Virus record (IMG/VR): IMGVR_UViG_2839447872_000003 | Coordinates: 1,166 to 65,165 of that record | Source of the DNA: a virus | Taxonomy: Duplodnaviria > Caudoviricetes | DNA length: 64,000 nucleotides | Reading direction: 5' to 3' (one strand) | In this document: one piece after another, positions 54,916 to 64,000 of the stretch | Numbering within the stretch: position 1 is the stretch's first letter | Layout of the letters: each line of letters starts with the position of its first letter | The notes under the pieces: generated by a model | The model's database searches: none | Seen by the model: only the letters and a program-made list of their open reading frames with translations | What the model was told of the DNA's origin: nothing | Program-made: the position numbers and the translations under genes

Positions 54916-56556
54916 TTACAGAGTAGGTTCGATTGACTGCATACCGATTTCCTGTACTTGGACGATATCCAATGTTGGCAGAGCCTTCAGATAATTCTCT
55001 ACATTCCAGTATTGGACCCCATTTTCCATCTGCGCATCTTCGCCGCGGTACAGGATATAGCGCCCCTGGATGGGGCCAAACCGCCGTTCCGTCCTCTGGC
55101 ATTTATCCTCATCGACGAGGTGTCGGTATTGAAAGGGAACCTGTTTGCTGCTGTGTTTGATTTCAAAGATCTCACAGGAGTTTTCTTTCTGGTCATAGAT
55201 GACCATGTCAAACTCGCCAGCCTCAAACTGCAGTTTGAAAACACGGTGATCCTTGTCGGCCGCCTTCATGGTTTCCAGCAGCACAATATCTTCCATCATC
55301 CGGCCGCGGACTTCTTCAAGGATGCGGCCCGTGATCTGCGTTTTGTCGTATTCGCTGAGCGCTGAGAACTGCTCATCCTTCAACAAGGAATGGACAAGGG
55401 CCTGAGCCTGACAATATCGCATTCCAGGCTGTGTGAAGAGAATATGTTCCACTGGTTCGGTTCCGGGGTCCGCCGCTTCAATGGGACAATCCACAATCAA
55501 CTCCAATGCGGCAAGATATTGCTTAATCTCTATGATGTGAGCAGTTGTGATACCGATGGACTGCTCCTCCTTGTTCCGGATATCCAGCAGTTCCATCAAA
55601 CGCCGGGTGACCGCCTCTGTATCAATGGCATCCAGCGCCTCTGTGCGCTTTTCGGGGTCACGCTCTTTCCGCAGATTTGCGGCAGTGAGCCGCAGGTCAT
55701 GGGAAAGAAAATCATCGGTCAGCACTGAGATCAGGAATCGGTGGTTCATATCCTCTATGATCCGGTTGATGGCGCTGGTCAGCTCTCCAGCTTCATACAG
55801 AGAGTACAGGTGACGGAAATGCCCGCCCGACTCGTAGCAGGCCAGGGAGTGCTGGATGTTCTTGCAGATTGCCGTGTCGATGTATCTTCGGGTGGACTCG
55901 TTATCCCGGAAGGATGCATCCTGAGCATTCACATCTTCATCGTCAAAGGCCAACTCTCCGGCGCGGAGCGTGCCGCCATATCGGATGTACTCATCAATGC
56001 TGTCGATCCCGAGCAGACGGCTATACTCCCGGTATGGGATGAAGGTCGTGTGGATGGGCTTGGCCCGGTCGTACAATTCTTCATCCATCGCCAGCCAGAA
56101 GCCCAGGGAGTCGGTACCGGACAGGACGATCTTCATTCCCATGGTGGCGAACACATCGGAAAAGAGGGCAGCCGAGTCAATAAAGTCTTCCATCAGCGTG
56201 ACCTCGTCGATGAACACATATCGGAATCCCGCGTTAAACAACTTCTTGAGATCCCGGTTCATCATCGCCATATTGTCGGTCCTGCGGGCTTTGATATAGG
56301 CGGTACGGCTTAAGTTCTCCTTTGCCATTCTGCCAATGGCCTGACGGAGCATGGTGTTTTTTCCAGTCTGGAGCAGGCCAAAGAGCAGACACACGCGGTC
56401 ATGACTTCTGCCGTGGAGGTACATCTCCAGTTGCTCAAAGCAGTCGCGTGAGGCCATTGCCTTTGATTTCTGCGCAACGGCAGCCAGTTCTTTGCCGATG
56501 GTTATATCGGTTTCGACACCTGATATTGATATGCTTTTCGGGCTGCTTCCGCTCAC
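54916..56556 (-). CDS. AAA-family ATP-binding protein, degenerate Walker A
   Basis: GLLQTGKNT, VFIDEVT, LSGTDS; C-terminal GEFDMV...EIK nuclease-like motif. Confidence 0.75.
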   Translation of the reverse strand: MSGSSPKSISISGVETDITIGKELAAVAQKSKAMASRDCFEQLEMYLHGRSHDRVCLLFGLLQTGKNTMLRQAIGRMAKENLSRTAYIKARRTDNMAMMNRDLKKLFNAGFRYVFIDEVTLMEDFIDSAALFSDVFATMGMKIVLSGTDSLGFWLAMDEELYDRAKPIHTTFIPYREYSRLLGIDSIDEYIRYGGTLRAGELAFDDEDVNAQDASFRDNESTRRYIDTAICKNIQHSLACYESGGHFRHLYSLYEAGELTSAINRIIEDMNHRFLISVLTDDFLSHDLRLTAANLRKERDPEKRTEALDAIDTEAVTRRLMELLDIRNKEEQSIGITTAHIIEIKQYLAALELIVDCPIEAADPGTEPVEHILFTQPGMRYCQAQALVHSLLKDEQFSALSEYDKTQITGRILEEVRGRMMEDIVLLETMKAADKDHRVFKLQFEAGEFDMVIYDQKENSCEIFEIKHSSKQVPFQYRHLVDEDKCQRTERRFGPIQGRYILYRGEDAQMENGVQYWNVENYLKALPTLDIVQVQEIGMQSIEPTL

Positions 56557-56604
56557 TTATGCGTCACCTCCTCGCCAATCACGCCCTGATATGTTACCGC
56601 TTTC

Positions 56605-57819
56605 TCAATTCCATTCTTCCGCCAGAAGGAAGTCACGGATATTCCGGTGCTTGATCCCGTTCCTGCTCATGTCAAACTCGTCGAGGGATACGACATACTT
56701 GGGGAAATTGTCCTGGATGCCATCGTATGCACCGAACTCCCGTTTCACCGTATCTTCAGAGGCCAGCAGGTATGTTGCCTGCACATAGAGTTTTTCTCCT
56801 CTTTTTTCGCATACAAAGTCAATTTCTTTTTCTCCTGCTCTGCCTACTGTGACAACATAACCCCGTCGCAGCAGTTCCATGTAGACAATGTTTTCGAGGA
56901 TCAGGTTGATGTCCTTCATGTTCCCGCCGAACACAGCCTCCCGAATGCCGTGATCCGCAATATAATACTTTTCGTTGGAGGCCAGTATCTGCTTGCCCTG
57001 CAGGTCCTGGCGCTTTACCTGATAGAAGAGATATGCGTCACAGCAGTACCGCACATAGTTCAGGATGGTTTCCGCCGCGACAGTCCGCTGCTCATTTTTG
57101 AAAAACTTAGCCAGAGAGGACGCTGAGAAAACTGTTCCGACATTTGCGGTCATATACGCAATGATGCGCTCCAGCAAATCAATATCCCGAATCTTGTTCC
57201 GTTTTACGATATCTTTGAGCTGCACAGAATTGAATAGATCTGTGAGATACTGCCGGGAGGGTTCTTCCTCATACCGGAGGTTGGCCAGATAGGGCATTCC
57301 TCCGGCCAGCAGATATTTTTGAAAGCATTGCTGGATCGAATCGCTTGGTGCGATTGTGTGGTACAGTTCCAGGAATTCAGCGAAGGAGAATGGGTAAATC
57401 ACAAACTCCACATACCGTCCGCCAATATAAGTGGCCAGTTCACCGGACAGCAGTTTTGCGTTGGAGCCCGTAATGTAGATATCGCAGTCCAGCGCCACTC
57501 GCAAAGAATTGACGCACTTTTCCCAGCCCTCTACTTCCTGGATCTCGTCAAAAAACAGATACGCTTTTCCCTCGATGCCCTCTGCCCGTTTTATGATCTC
57601 ATCGTGCAGAGCCGTTGCGGTCTGCAGATGGGAGTACCGCATATCTTCAAAATTGATTGAGATCATCTGAGACGGGGCAACACCAGCCTCCGCCAGTTCC
57701 TCTTTGATCAGTTCCAGCATCACCGACTTACCGGAGCGGCGAATGCCGGTCATTACCTTAATCAGTTCGCCCCCAATGAAGGGACGGATGCGGTTCATAT
57801 ACAGTTCTCGTTTGATCAT
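56605..57819 (-). CDS. AAA_14 + DUF4143 ATPase
   Basis: GIRRSGKS, FFDEIQ, ITGSN, KYYIADHG, LENIV, EIDFV. Confidence 0.92.
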   Translation of the reverse strand: MIKRELYMNRIRPFIGGELIKVMTGIRRSGKSVMLELIKEELAEAGVAPSQMISINFEDMRYSHLQTATALHDEIIKRAEGIEGKAYLFFDEIQEVEGWEKCVNSLRVALDCDIYITGSNAKLLSGELATYIGGRYVEFVIYPFSFAEFLELYHTIAPSDSIQQCFQKYLLAGGMPYLANLRYEEEPSRQYLTDLFNSVQLKDIVKRNKIRDIDLLERIIAYMTANVGTVFSASSLAKFFKNEQRTVAAETILNYVRYCCDAYLFYQVKRQDLQGKQILASNEKYYIADHGIREAVFGGNMKDINLILENIVYMELLRRGYVVTVGRAGEKEIDFVCEKRGEKLYVQATYLLASEDTVKREFGAYDGIQDNFPKYVVSLDEFDMSRNGIKHRNIRDFLLAEEWN

Positions 57820-57965
57820 GATTGGAGCGCCTCCTTTCTATCGTTGACCTCAGTATATCCCATTTACAACTGAAAATCAACTGATATAATCTGATTTTAT
57901 CAGTTATAACTTATAAAATTGGTCGTATATTGGCACAAACACTGTACACAGCTTTTCAATTTCTC

Positions 57966-58388
57966 TCAAAGAAGCCCCCGAATGCACTCGCTTTCCAGTT
58001 CAACGATGTCGCCTATCGGTATCCTTAAGCCATCAACCAGAATCAATACCTGATCCGCCTCATGGATTCTTTTCAGCCTCCCGGTTGATACGATATACCG
58101 GCCGCCGTCTTTCTTCTCGTCAGGCTGGAACCAGGTCGCCGTGATTTCCGGCCGCTCTTTGATCCGCTCCAACAGCAGTTGCTGTTTTAAGTCCAAGGCT
58201 GCCCTTGCGTCCTCATCTAACTCCATACGCTGGTCAGTCAGCCGTGCCGTTTCCGCAAGTGCGGCGCTGTGGCCGGACAGGGCCGCGAAGGGCGCAAACT
58301 GAGCCGCACGGTCTGAGAGCGGCATCCTCGGGTGCTTGGCTGAGGTAGGATGCGGCAGGCTGATGATATCATCATATGGTCCGGTCAT
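57966..58388 (-). CDS. YolD-like protein
   Basis: HPRMPLSDRAAQFAPFAALSG; coupled to the Y-family polymerase. Confidence 0.88.
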   Translation of the reverse strand: MTGPYDDIISLPHPTSAKHPRMPLSDRAAQFAPFAALSGHSAALAETARLTDQRMELDEDARAALDLKQQLLLERIKERPEITATWFQPDEKKDGGRYIVSTGRLKRIHEADQVLILVDGLRIPIGDIVELESECIRGLL

Positions 58389-59893
58389 GCTTTGTGGCCT
58401 CCGATTTGGTTGTTTCTCTCCTTGGCTGTGGCGCCGTCCTCCAGATTCAGCCCTTTGAGGATGGCGTTCTTGCCAAAACGCTTTTTGATGCCCAGCATGG
58501 TTTCCTGGAGTTTTCTCTCCCGTGCGTGGGCGGCGTCAGCCTCTTTTTTCTGCTTTTCCTTTGCCGAGTAGTCCATAAACAGGTCGATCTGCTCCGGCAG
58601 ATCCTCCGGCACAGAAGACTCGTCCAGCAGGTGATTGGCGCAGAGAGTCAGCCGGCGGGCCAGCAGGGTTTTATCTACGATCCGGTCATACAGGCTGGTG
58701 GCTGCCTTGAGCAGCTCCTCGCCGGAGGAAGTATATCCGTCCAGATTGACTGTACCATGAGCATGCTTGGGAATTTTGCGCTCATAGCGGTCCGTGGTGA
58801 CCTCTCCGGTGTAGGCTGTACCCTTGAGGTTTTCGATGTCATAGCCTACTGTGAGGACCAGTTGGTTGGTCGCAAGCCGCTTATCCACCAATTCCAGCGC
58901 CAGTGCATCGGCCATCTCCTGGATGACCAGCCTTGCCTTTTCAAATGGGTATGGGTACTGCAGAATCTGCCCGGAGACGATGCTCTTGTTTTCTGGTTTG
59001 TATGCCTTAATGTCCGCAATGGTGCAGGGTTCCCAGCCCCAGGCATGGTCGATGAGCAGTTCTGCGTTGACACCAAACAGTTTATAGAGCAGTTCCTCGT
59101 TGTGATAATCTGTAGGCTGCCCGATAGAACACCGGGCAATATCTCCCATGGTGTACAGGCCGTTGGCTTCCAGCTTGGCGGCATAGCCTTTTCCCACCCT
59201 CCAGAAGTCGGTAAGCGGACGGTGGGTCCAGAAGGAGCGGCGATAGCCCATCTCATCCAGTTCTGCGATGCGGACGCCGTATTCATCGGCGGGGACATGC
59301 TTCGCGCCAATGTCCATGGCGACCTTGGCCAGATACAGATTCGTCCCAATGCCCGCCGCAGCAGTGATACTGGTCGTCTGCAGAATGTCGAGGATGATTT
59401 TCCGGGCAAATTCACGGGCCGACAGATGGTAGGTCTGCAGGTAGCTGGTGGCGTCGATGAACACCTCATCGATGCTGTATGGATAGATGTCCTCCGGCGC
59501 AACATGCTTGAGGTACACGCTGTAGACGCGGGTGCTCCAGTCAATATAGTGGGCCATCCGGGGTGGGGCCACGATATAGTCGAGGGCCAGGGAAGGATTT
59601 CGCCGCACCTCCGGGTCGTGAGAGGAAGCGCCGGTGAACTGCCGGCCAGGGGTATTCCGCTGCCGTTGGTTATTGACCTCCTTGACCCGTTGGATCACCT
59701 CAAACAGCCTGGCCCGACCGGAAATGCCATAAGCCTTCAGGGAAGGTATGACCGCCAGACAGATGGTCTTTTCAGTGCGGCTCAGGTCCGCCACCACGAG
59801 GTTGGTATCCAGTGGATTCAGCCCACGCTCGATGCACTCCACACTCGCGTAAAACGATTTCAGGTCACAGCAAATGTAGGTTCGCTCCTTCAT
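58385..59893 (-). CDS. umuC: Y-family (UmuC/ImpB) DNA polymerase
   Basis: CCDLKSFYASVE, YSIDEVFID, GIGTNLYLAK, DFWRVG. Confidence 0.92.
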   Translation of the reverse strand: MKERTYICCDLKSFYASVECIERGLNPLDTNLVVADLSRTEKTICLAVIPSLKAYGISGRARLFEVIQRVKEVNNQRQRNTPGRQFTGASSHDPEVRRNPSLALDYIVAPPRMAHYIDWSTRVYSVYLKHVAPEDIYPYSIDEVFIDATSYLQTYHLSAREFARKIILDILQTTSITAAAGIGTNLYLAKVAMDIGAKHVPADEYGVRIAELDEMGYRRSFWTHRPLTDFWRVGKGYAAKLEANGLYTMGDIARCSIGQPTDYHNEELLYKLFGVNAELLIDHAWGWEPCTIADIKAYKPENKSIVSGQILQYPYPFEKARLVIQEMADALALELVDKRLATNQLVLTVGYDIENLKGTAYTGEVTTDRYERKIPKHAHGTVNLDGYTSSGEELLKAATSLYDRIVDKTLLARRLTLCANHLLDESSVPEDLPEQIDLFMDYSAKEKQKKEADAAHARERKLQETMLGIKKRFGKNAILKGLNLEDGATAKERNNQIGGHKA

Positions 59894-60026
59894 GCTTCGG
59901 TCACCCCTTCCTCTTTATCTTCCAACACATTTTCAAAGCCATTATAGCACATTTGTTCTGGTCGTTCTATTGTGAAAAAACACCATCTTGTACCCATTGG
60001 AAAACCAGCACAGAATGCTGTGATTC

Positions 60027-60293
60027 CTAAAGCGATATGCCTCCATATTTCTGCTCTGCCAAGATTTCAATGGCCTCCTCTTTCGTCCGGAATATCCTCC
60101 ACGGAGATACCCGGTGATATAGCCCGGTATGGCTTCGGACGCCAAAATATACCCCGTCATAGCTTTCCACAATATATTCGGAAGTGCTCTTTTTCGCTTT
60201 GTTTGTAATCATTACACAGGTATCGCCCTTATGCCATCCATACGGAAGATCTGCGGTGTCTACTGTTGGATCATCGCGATATTCAGTTCTCAT
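60027..60293 (-). CDS. Hypothetical protein
   Basis: GGAGG RBS; YHRVSPWRIFRTKEEA. Confidence 0.6.
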   Translation of the reverse strand: MRTEYRDDPTVDTADLPYGWHKGDTCVMITNKAKKSTSEYIVESYDGVYFGVRSHTGLYHRVSPWRIFRTKEEAIEILAEQKYGGISL

Positions 60294-60364
60294 TTGCCGC
60301 CTCCATCTTTCTGCCGCAACTGTAAAAGAGAGCCGCCAGTCTGGAAACCGGCGGCTCTCTTTTG

Positions 60365-61449
60365 TCAGTCATTCTTTCTCTCTGCTTGTTCCTCCAAGGC
60401 AAGGAAATGGTCGAAGTCGCTTTCAAACATGCGATCCTGCACAATCCGGTATTTTTCAAACTCGCTCTCTGCGAAGGCTTTGGCGATCTCATGCGTCACC
60501 CGGCCGGTGTCGTGGAGGATCCATGCTCATTGAATTCCAGGAAGCGATTCAGCCGCTGTGACCAGTCCTGCATGGTCATAGGGATATGGCGGCCTGCCTG
60601 GTATTCCGCATAGTCCAGGTACATGGTCACAATGCGTTCCAGCGCCTGCAGTTCCTCTCTGGAAAGATAGTTCTTAGCAATGGACACATCATACTTCTGT
60701 ATTTTTCCGTTTGGATACTGCTCCCAGGAAGTTAAGCCCATGTGAGGTTTTTCAGCGTTGGCTCGCTCCACGATCAACTCCGCCGCAGTATGACGGTGGA
60801 TCGCCCAGTGGAGTTTGTTCTGTACCTCGGAAAAAAACAGGCGTGTGGTTTTGGCTGATTTATCATAATCCAGAGCCGTGGCGTAGATGTCGGTGATCTT
60901 TTGGTAGAACTTGCGTTCAGACATCCGAATCTCCCGGATCTGCTCCAGAAGGTGGTCGAAGTATTCCTTGGTAAGTACACTACCCCCGTTTTTCAACCGG
61001 TCACTGTCCATGGCCCAGCCCTGAATAGTGTAGTCCTTAACGATGGTATTGGCCCACTTGCGGAACTGGACCGCCCGGTCATTGTTGACCTTGAATCCAA
61101 CCGCAATGATCATCTGCAGATTGTAGTGCTTCACCTGGCGGCTAACCTGACGGGAGCCCTCAGTTTGAACTATCCGGAAATTCCGGATAGTTGCCTCCTC
61201 TGTCAGCTCACCATCCTCATAGATCTTCTGGATGTGCTCATTGATTGTCCGAACATCCACATCATAGAGAGCCGACATCATCTTCTGGGTCAGCCAGATA
61301 TTCTCATCCTCATAGCGCATTTCCATGCTCTCTGTACTGTCACCGGTAGCGGCCACAAAGGTCAGGTATTCCGCTGCGCTGGATCGGATCGCCTGTTCTT
61401 GTTTATCGTTCCGCACTGCAACGCCTTCTTTCTTCTGTATCAATTCCAT
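60365..61449 (-). pseudogene. rhuM: RhuM/virulence-family protein with a frameshift near the C-terminus
   Basis: ENIWLTQKMM, YNLQMIIAVGFKV, SERKFYQKITD; at ~60521 the conserved tail ILHDTGRVTHEIAKAFAESEFEKYR continues in another frame. Confidence 0.8.
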
Positions 61450-61720
61450 ATTGGGCCAGCAGTTTCCGAGCTTCGGCTTCTCCCTCCGGTGTGATGAGGG
61501 CGGGATAGGTTCGCCCGGCAGCGTTGATCAGCCCTTCCTCTGAAAGTTTGTCCAGCAGGTCGTGATCATAGCCCTTCCAGCATCGGCGGGCAAGGGGATA
61601 CTTTTCCAGTTCCTTTTTCTTGACCGCCCGCATTTCCGGTGTATCCCGTTCCTCCCAGGAGGTCAGGTACATCAGCATGAGGGTCAATTCCCGAATGGTT
61701 TTCTTCTGTTTTTCCGGCAT
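61403..61720 (-). CDS. DUF6429-like protein
   Basis: ELTLMLMYLTSW...WKGYDHDLLDKL.EEGLI. Confidence 0.7.
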   Translation of the reverse strand: MPEKQKKTIRELTLMLMYLTSWEERDTPEMRAVKKKELEKYPLARRCWKGYDHDLLDKLSEEGLINAAGRTYPALITPEGEAEARKLLAQYGIDTEERRRCSAER

Positions 61721-61851
61721 TAGCCTGTCCTCCAATCTTTTTGACTTACTACCATCATATCACAGGACGGGCTGTTCGTCTATTCCACAATCATTCCGGG
61801 ATATACAGCAAGAGCGGCCTTCGGGCCACTCCGTATGCGTCATTACTCCGC

Positions 61852-61930
61852 TGCTGGGAGCGCAGTGGGCGAGAACGCAGTCCGCTGTCCAGTTGACCCA
61901 TTCCGAGTTAGCCAGGGCCTCTTGGTATTC
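61852..61930 (-). repeat. Degenerate duplicate of part of the metallophosphoesterase gene
   Basis: Closely matches 62770-62848 (GCTGGGAGCGCAGTGGG...GTCCAGTTGAC...GCCAGGGC.TCTTGGTATTCC). Confidence 0.85.
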
Positions 61931-61963
61931 CTCAGTTCAGCCACGGACTGTATTATGGACTTA

Positions 61964-62431
61964 TTACATCATCATTCCTGTACATATTTCTTCGCCTGTT
62001 TCATCTTCCGCACCCATCATTCCTATAAAAGAGGACTCCATATACTCGTCATAAGCCCGTGCGTATCTCTCGTACTTCTCACCGCCGGTTTCTTTCAGAA
62101 CGGTTTCATCAAATGTCCATAAAGGGTAGGAGCAGAACCCACTTTCTTTGTAGAGCCCAGTATCTTTAGCAAATCCACGATTGAGCAGCTGCGGCGCAAA
62201 GGGACAGTTGTTTATATCGACATATGCACTGTTTTTCAAGCCAATAAATTCTCCAAAAGATTTTGTAAGAATAGCGAACTGTTCTTTCTCATCTGCTCCT
62301 TGGATAGGCATATCAAGAACAATCGCAAGGCCAGGCAGTTCCTTGCCCATAAAATCATAAACCGTGTACAATTCCACCCTCGGCTCCAATATAACGGGTG
62401 TCTCAAAATAATCTTTAATTTCAAATGTCAT
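61964..62431 (-). CDS. DUF4313-like protein
   Basis: AYVDINN...SGFCSYPLWTFD. Confidence 0.7.
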   Translation of the reverse strand: MTFEIKDYFETPVILEPRVELYTVYDFMGKELPGLAIVLDMPIQGADEKEQFAILTKSFGEFIGLKNSAYVDINNCPFAPQLLNRGFAKDTGLYKESGFCSYPLWTFDETVLKETGGEKYERYARAYDEYMESSFIGMMGAEDETGEEICTGMMM

Positions 62432-62592
62432 TTTTTCCTCCTGATAACAAAATATCGCCTATGCTCTACCATATATGTAAAATCGCTTTTTCCCCTTTGT
62501 GTAGCCTATCTCTTTGCTCTTTTGGCGTCTTCCAATCCGTTCAGAATAAAAGACCAGGGAATGCTGGTTACCCACTCCCTGATCCATTGCGA

Positions 62593-63342
62593 TTAAAAAC
62601 CCAGTTCAGATATCTTCTCCCACTGGAGGATGTATTTCTGATCTATGATTCGATTCTCATGGTAATGGCCGAAAAACCAGTAGGCGAATTTACACCGCTG
62701 GCTGACCATTTCAAGAAAGTCCGTCAGTTCATCCGTTCCATAGGATGGATTGATCTTCTGCACCACACCGCTGGGAGCGCAGTGGGTGAGAACACAGTCT
62801 ACCGTCCAGTTGACTCGTTCCAAGTTTGCCAGGGCTTCTTGGTATTCCGCTTGGCTGGGCATTTCCTCGGCCCACCAACTTACCCCCTTGACCCGAAACA
62901 TGGATCGCATCCGGCGCATCAGCCAATACCGGTGTTCGAAGTCCGGATCGGCTGGATCGAGAATTCCATCCTGAATATCATGGGAGGCCGCACCGCCCAT
63001 TGTGAACCAGGCGAGGCCGCCGAAGTCGAAGACCTGTCCCCGCATAAGGTGCAGGACATGCTCCTGCACCACATGGACCCGTCCGCCATTCCATTCTTTT
63101 TCTGGTAGAGTGTTCAGCAAGTCAAAATTCTCATGGTTCCCATCCACGAACAGGGTGGTGAAGGGCTTCTTGTTCAGCCAGTCCAACCAATATTGATCTT
63201 TCTGGCTTCCATCCCACAGTCCTCCAAAATCACCCGCGATGACCACATAGTCCTCCCAGCTCATCTCCTTCTGCTGTGGGAAGTATTTGCTCCCAAAGCG
63301 TTGGAAGTCGCCGTGAGTATCACCCGTAATATAAATTGCCAT
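62593..63342 (-). CDS. Calcineurin-like metallophosphoesterase
   Basis: GDTHG, GDFG, DGNHE, THCAP, FGHYH. Confidence 0.93.
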   Translation of the reverse strand: MAIYITGDTHGDFQRFGSKYFPQQKEMSWEDYVVIAGDFGGLWDGSQKDQYWLDWLNKKPFTTLFVDGNHENFDLLNTLPEKEWNGGRVHVVQEHVLHLMRGQVFDFGGLAWFTMGGAASHDIQDGILDPADPDFEHRYWLMRRMRSMFRVKGVSWWAEEMPSQAEYQEALANLERVNWTVDCVLTHCAPSGVVQKINPSYGTDELTDFLEMVSQRCKFAYWFFGHYHENRIIDQKYILQWEKISELGF

Positions 63343-63358
63343 TCCATCGCACCTCGAT

Positions 63359-64000
63359 TTACAGGGTCATTTGCTGCTGCCCTGGCAGTGGGGAGCTAAT
63401 TTCTGCATCAGTTGCCGTGCGGACACCAGGACCGTTTCTGGTTTTCGTTGTCACCAGCAGGCCATCTTGAACAAGCTGCTCCATCAGTTCGCCCACGAAG
63501 CGGTTGGCAAGATTATGCTTGCCTTCTTTATCACAGAGCCTGTGTACAGAGAACTTTTGAGCGACATTTAAAGCAACCGGGCCTGTGATATACAGGTTTT
63601 TCCGTTTTGTCCGGCACCGTTCCAGGATTTCATGTGTGATCTCCTCGCGCTTGGTCTCCAACTGTGCCAGATATTCCTCATCAGTAATATCCCAATACCT
63701 CTCGTAGCAGTCGAAGCCATAGCAGCAGAACGATTTCGCATCCTTCAGCAGTTCTTGGATGGCTGGGATCTCGTCCATCTCTATAATACCACTAAAGTTC
63801 ATCGGATGCAGGTATAACTCCTGCCAACCTTTCGTAACGGTATCGGATGTGCTGTCCCCACAGGGCTGCAGATCCCAGCCCGCACTCTGGAACAGGCTGC
63901 GGCTTTCTTCATGAAATTTGGCGGCGTCAGTCTCAGCCGGCCAGCCGGAATCGAACTGATAGCGGCTGCGAATCCGGAAGTAAACTTTTCGGTACTCCAC
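63359..64000 (-). CDS. Hypothetical ICE protein (start at or beyond the window edge)
   Basis: 213 aa open frame ending QQQMTL. Confidence 0.7.
   Translation of the reverse strand: MEYRKVYFRIRSRYQFDSGWPAETDAAKFHEESRSLFQSAGWDLQPCGDSTSDTVTKGWQELYLHPMNFSGIIEMDEIPAIQELLKDAKSFCCYGFDCYERYWDITDEEYLAQLETKREEITHEILERCRTKRKNLYITGPVALNVAQKFSVHRLCDKEGKHNLANRFVGELMEQLVQDGLLVTTKTRNGPGVRTATDAEISSPLPGQQQMTL

Larger units (their letters stand above)
52216..64000 (-). mobile_element. End of an ICE/IME-like element: recombinase module plus cargo (partial)
   Basis: All genes on the minus strand, ending in serine recombinases beside the broken tRNA; umuC/yolD and rhuM cargo. Confidence 0.7.

Noticed and set aside
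58376-59947. 523-aa plus-strand ORF
   Set aside because: Shadow of the Y-family polymerase.
1-64000. CRISPR array, IS element, group II intron or retron
   Set aside because: No regularly spaced repeat-spacer array, transposase or reverse-transcriptase motifs noticed by eye; short or degenerate cases could be missed.

Overview
Most of the window is an apparently complete ~50 kb temperate prophage (2110-52162), most likely from a Clostridia host (Oscillospiraceae-like, inferred from gene content). It has a serine integrase, a CI/Cro switch, recombination and replication genes, a lambda-like head (gpA terminase, portal, ClpP protease, decoration protein, capsid E), a P2-like contractile tail, a holin and a GH25 lysin. 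It is bounded by a shared 9-bp core (CCACCAAAA on the minus strand) at the 3' end of a 5'-truncated tRNA-Ala(GGC). Both flanks look like conjugative-element (ICE) cargo: hypothetical genes on the left; two serine recombinase genes, two ATPases, umuC/yolD, rhuM and a metallophosphoesterase on the right. The strongest candidate for an undescribed system is a translationally coupled five-gene operon just before the terminase (20063-24479): a DUR3-like sodium:solute symporter, two PP-loop/PAPS-reductase-fold proteins and two ParB-like proteins, behind a leader with an anti-Shine-Dalgarno hairpin. I infer a substrate-importing DNA modification system; this is untested. Other notable items are an integrase whose C-terminus changes on integration, a tRNA-like fold plus a small antisense RNA near the packaging site, a type I toxin-antitoxin cassette between holin and lysin, and a -1 frameshift in the tail chaperone. 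Family assignments come from motif recognition only; no database searches were run.
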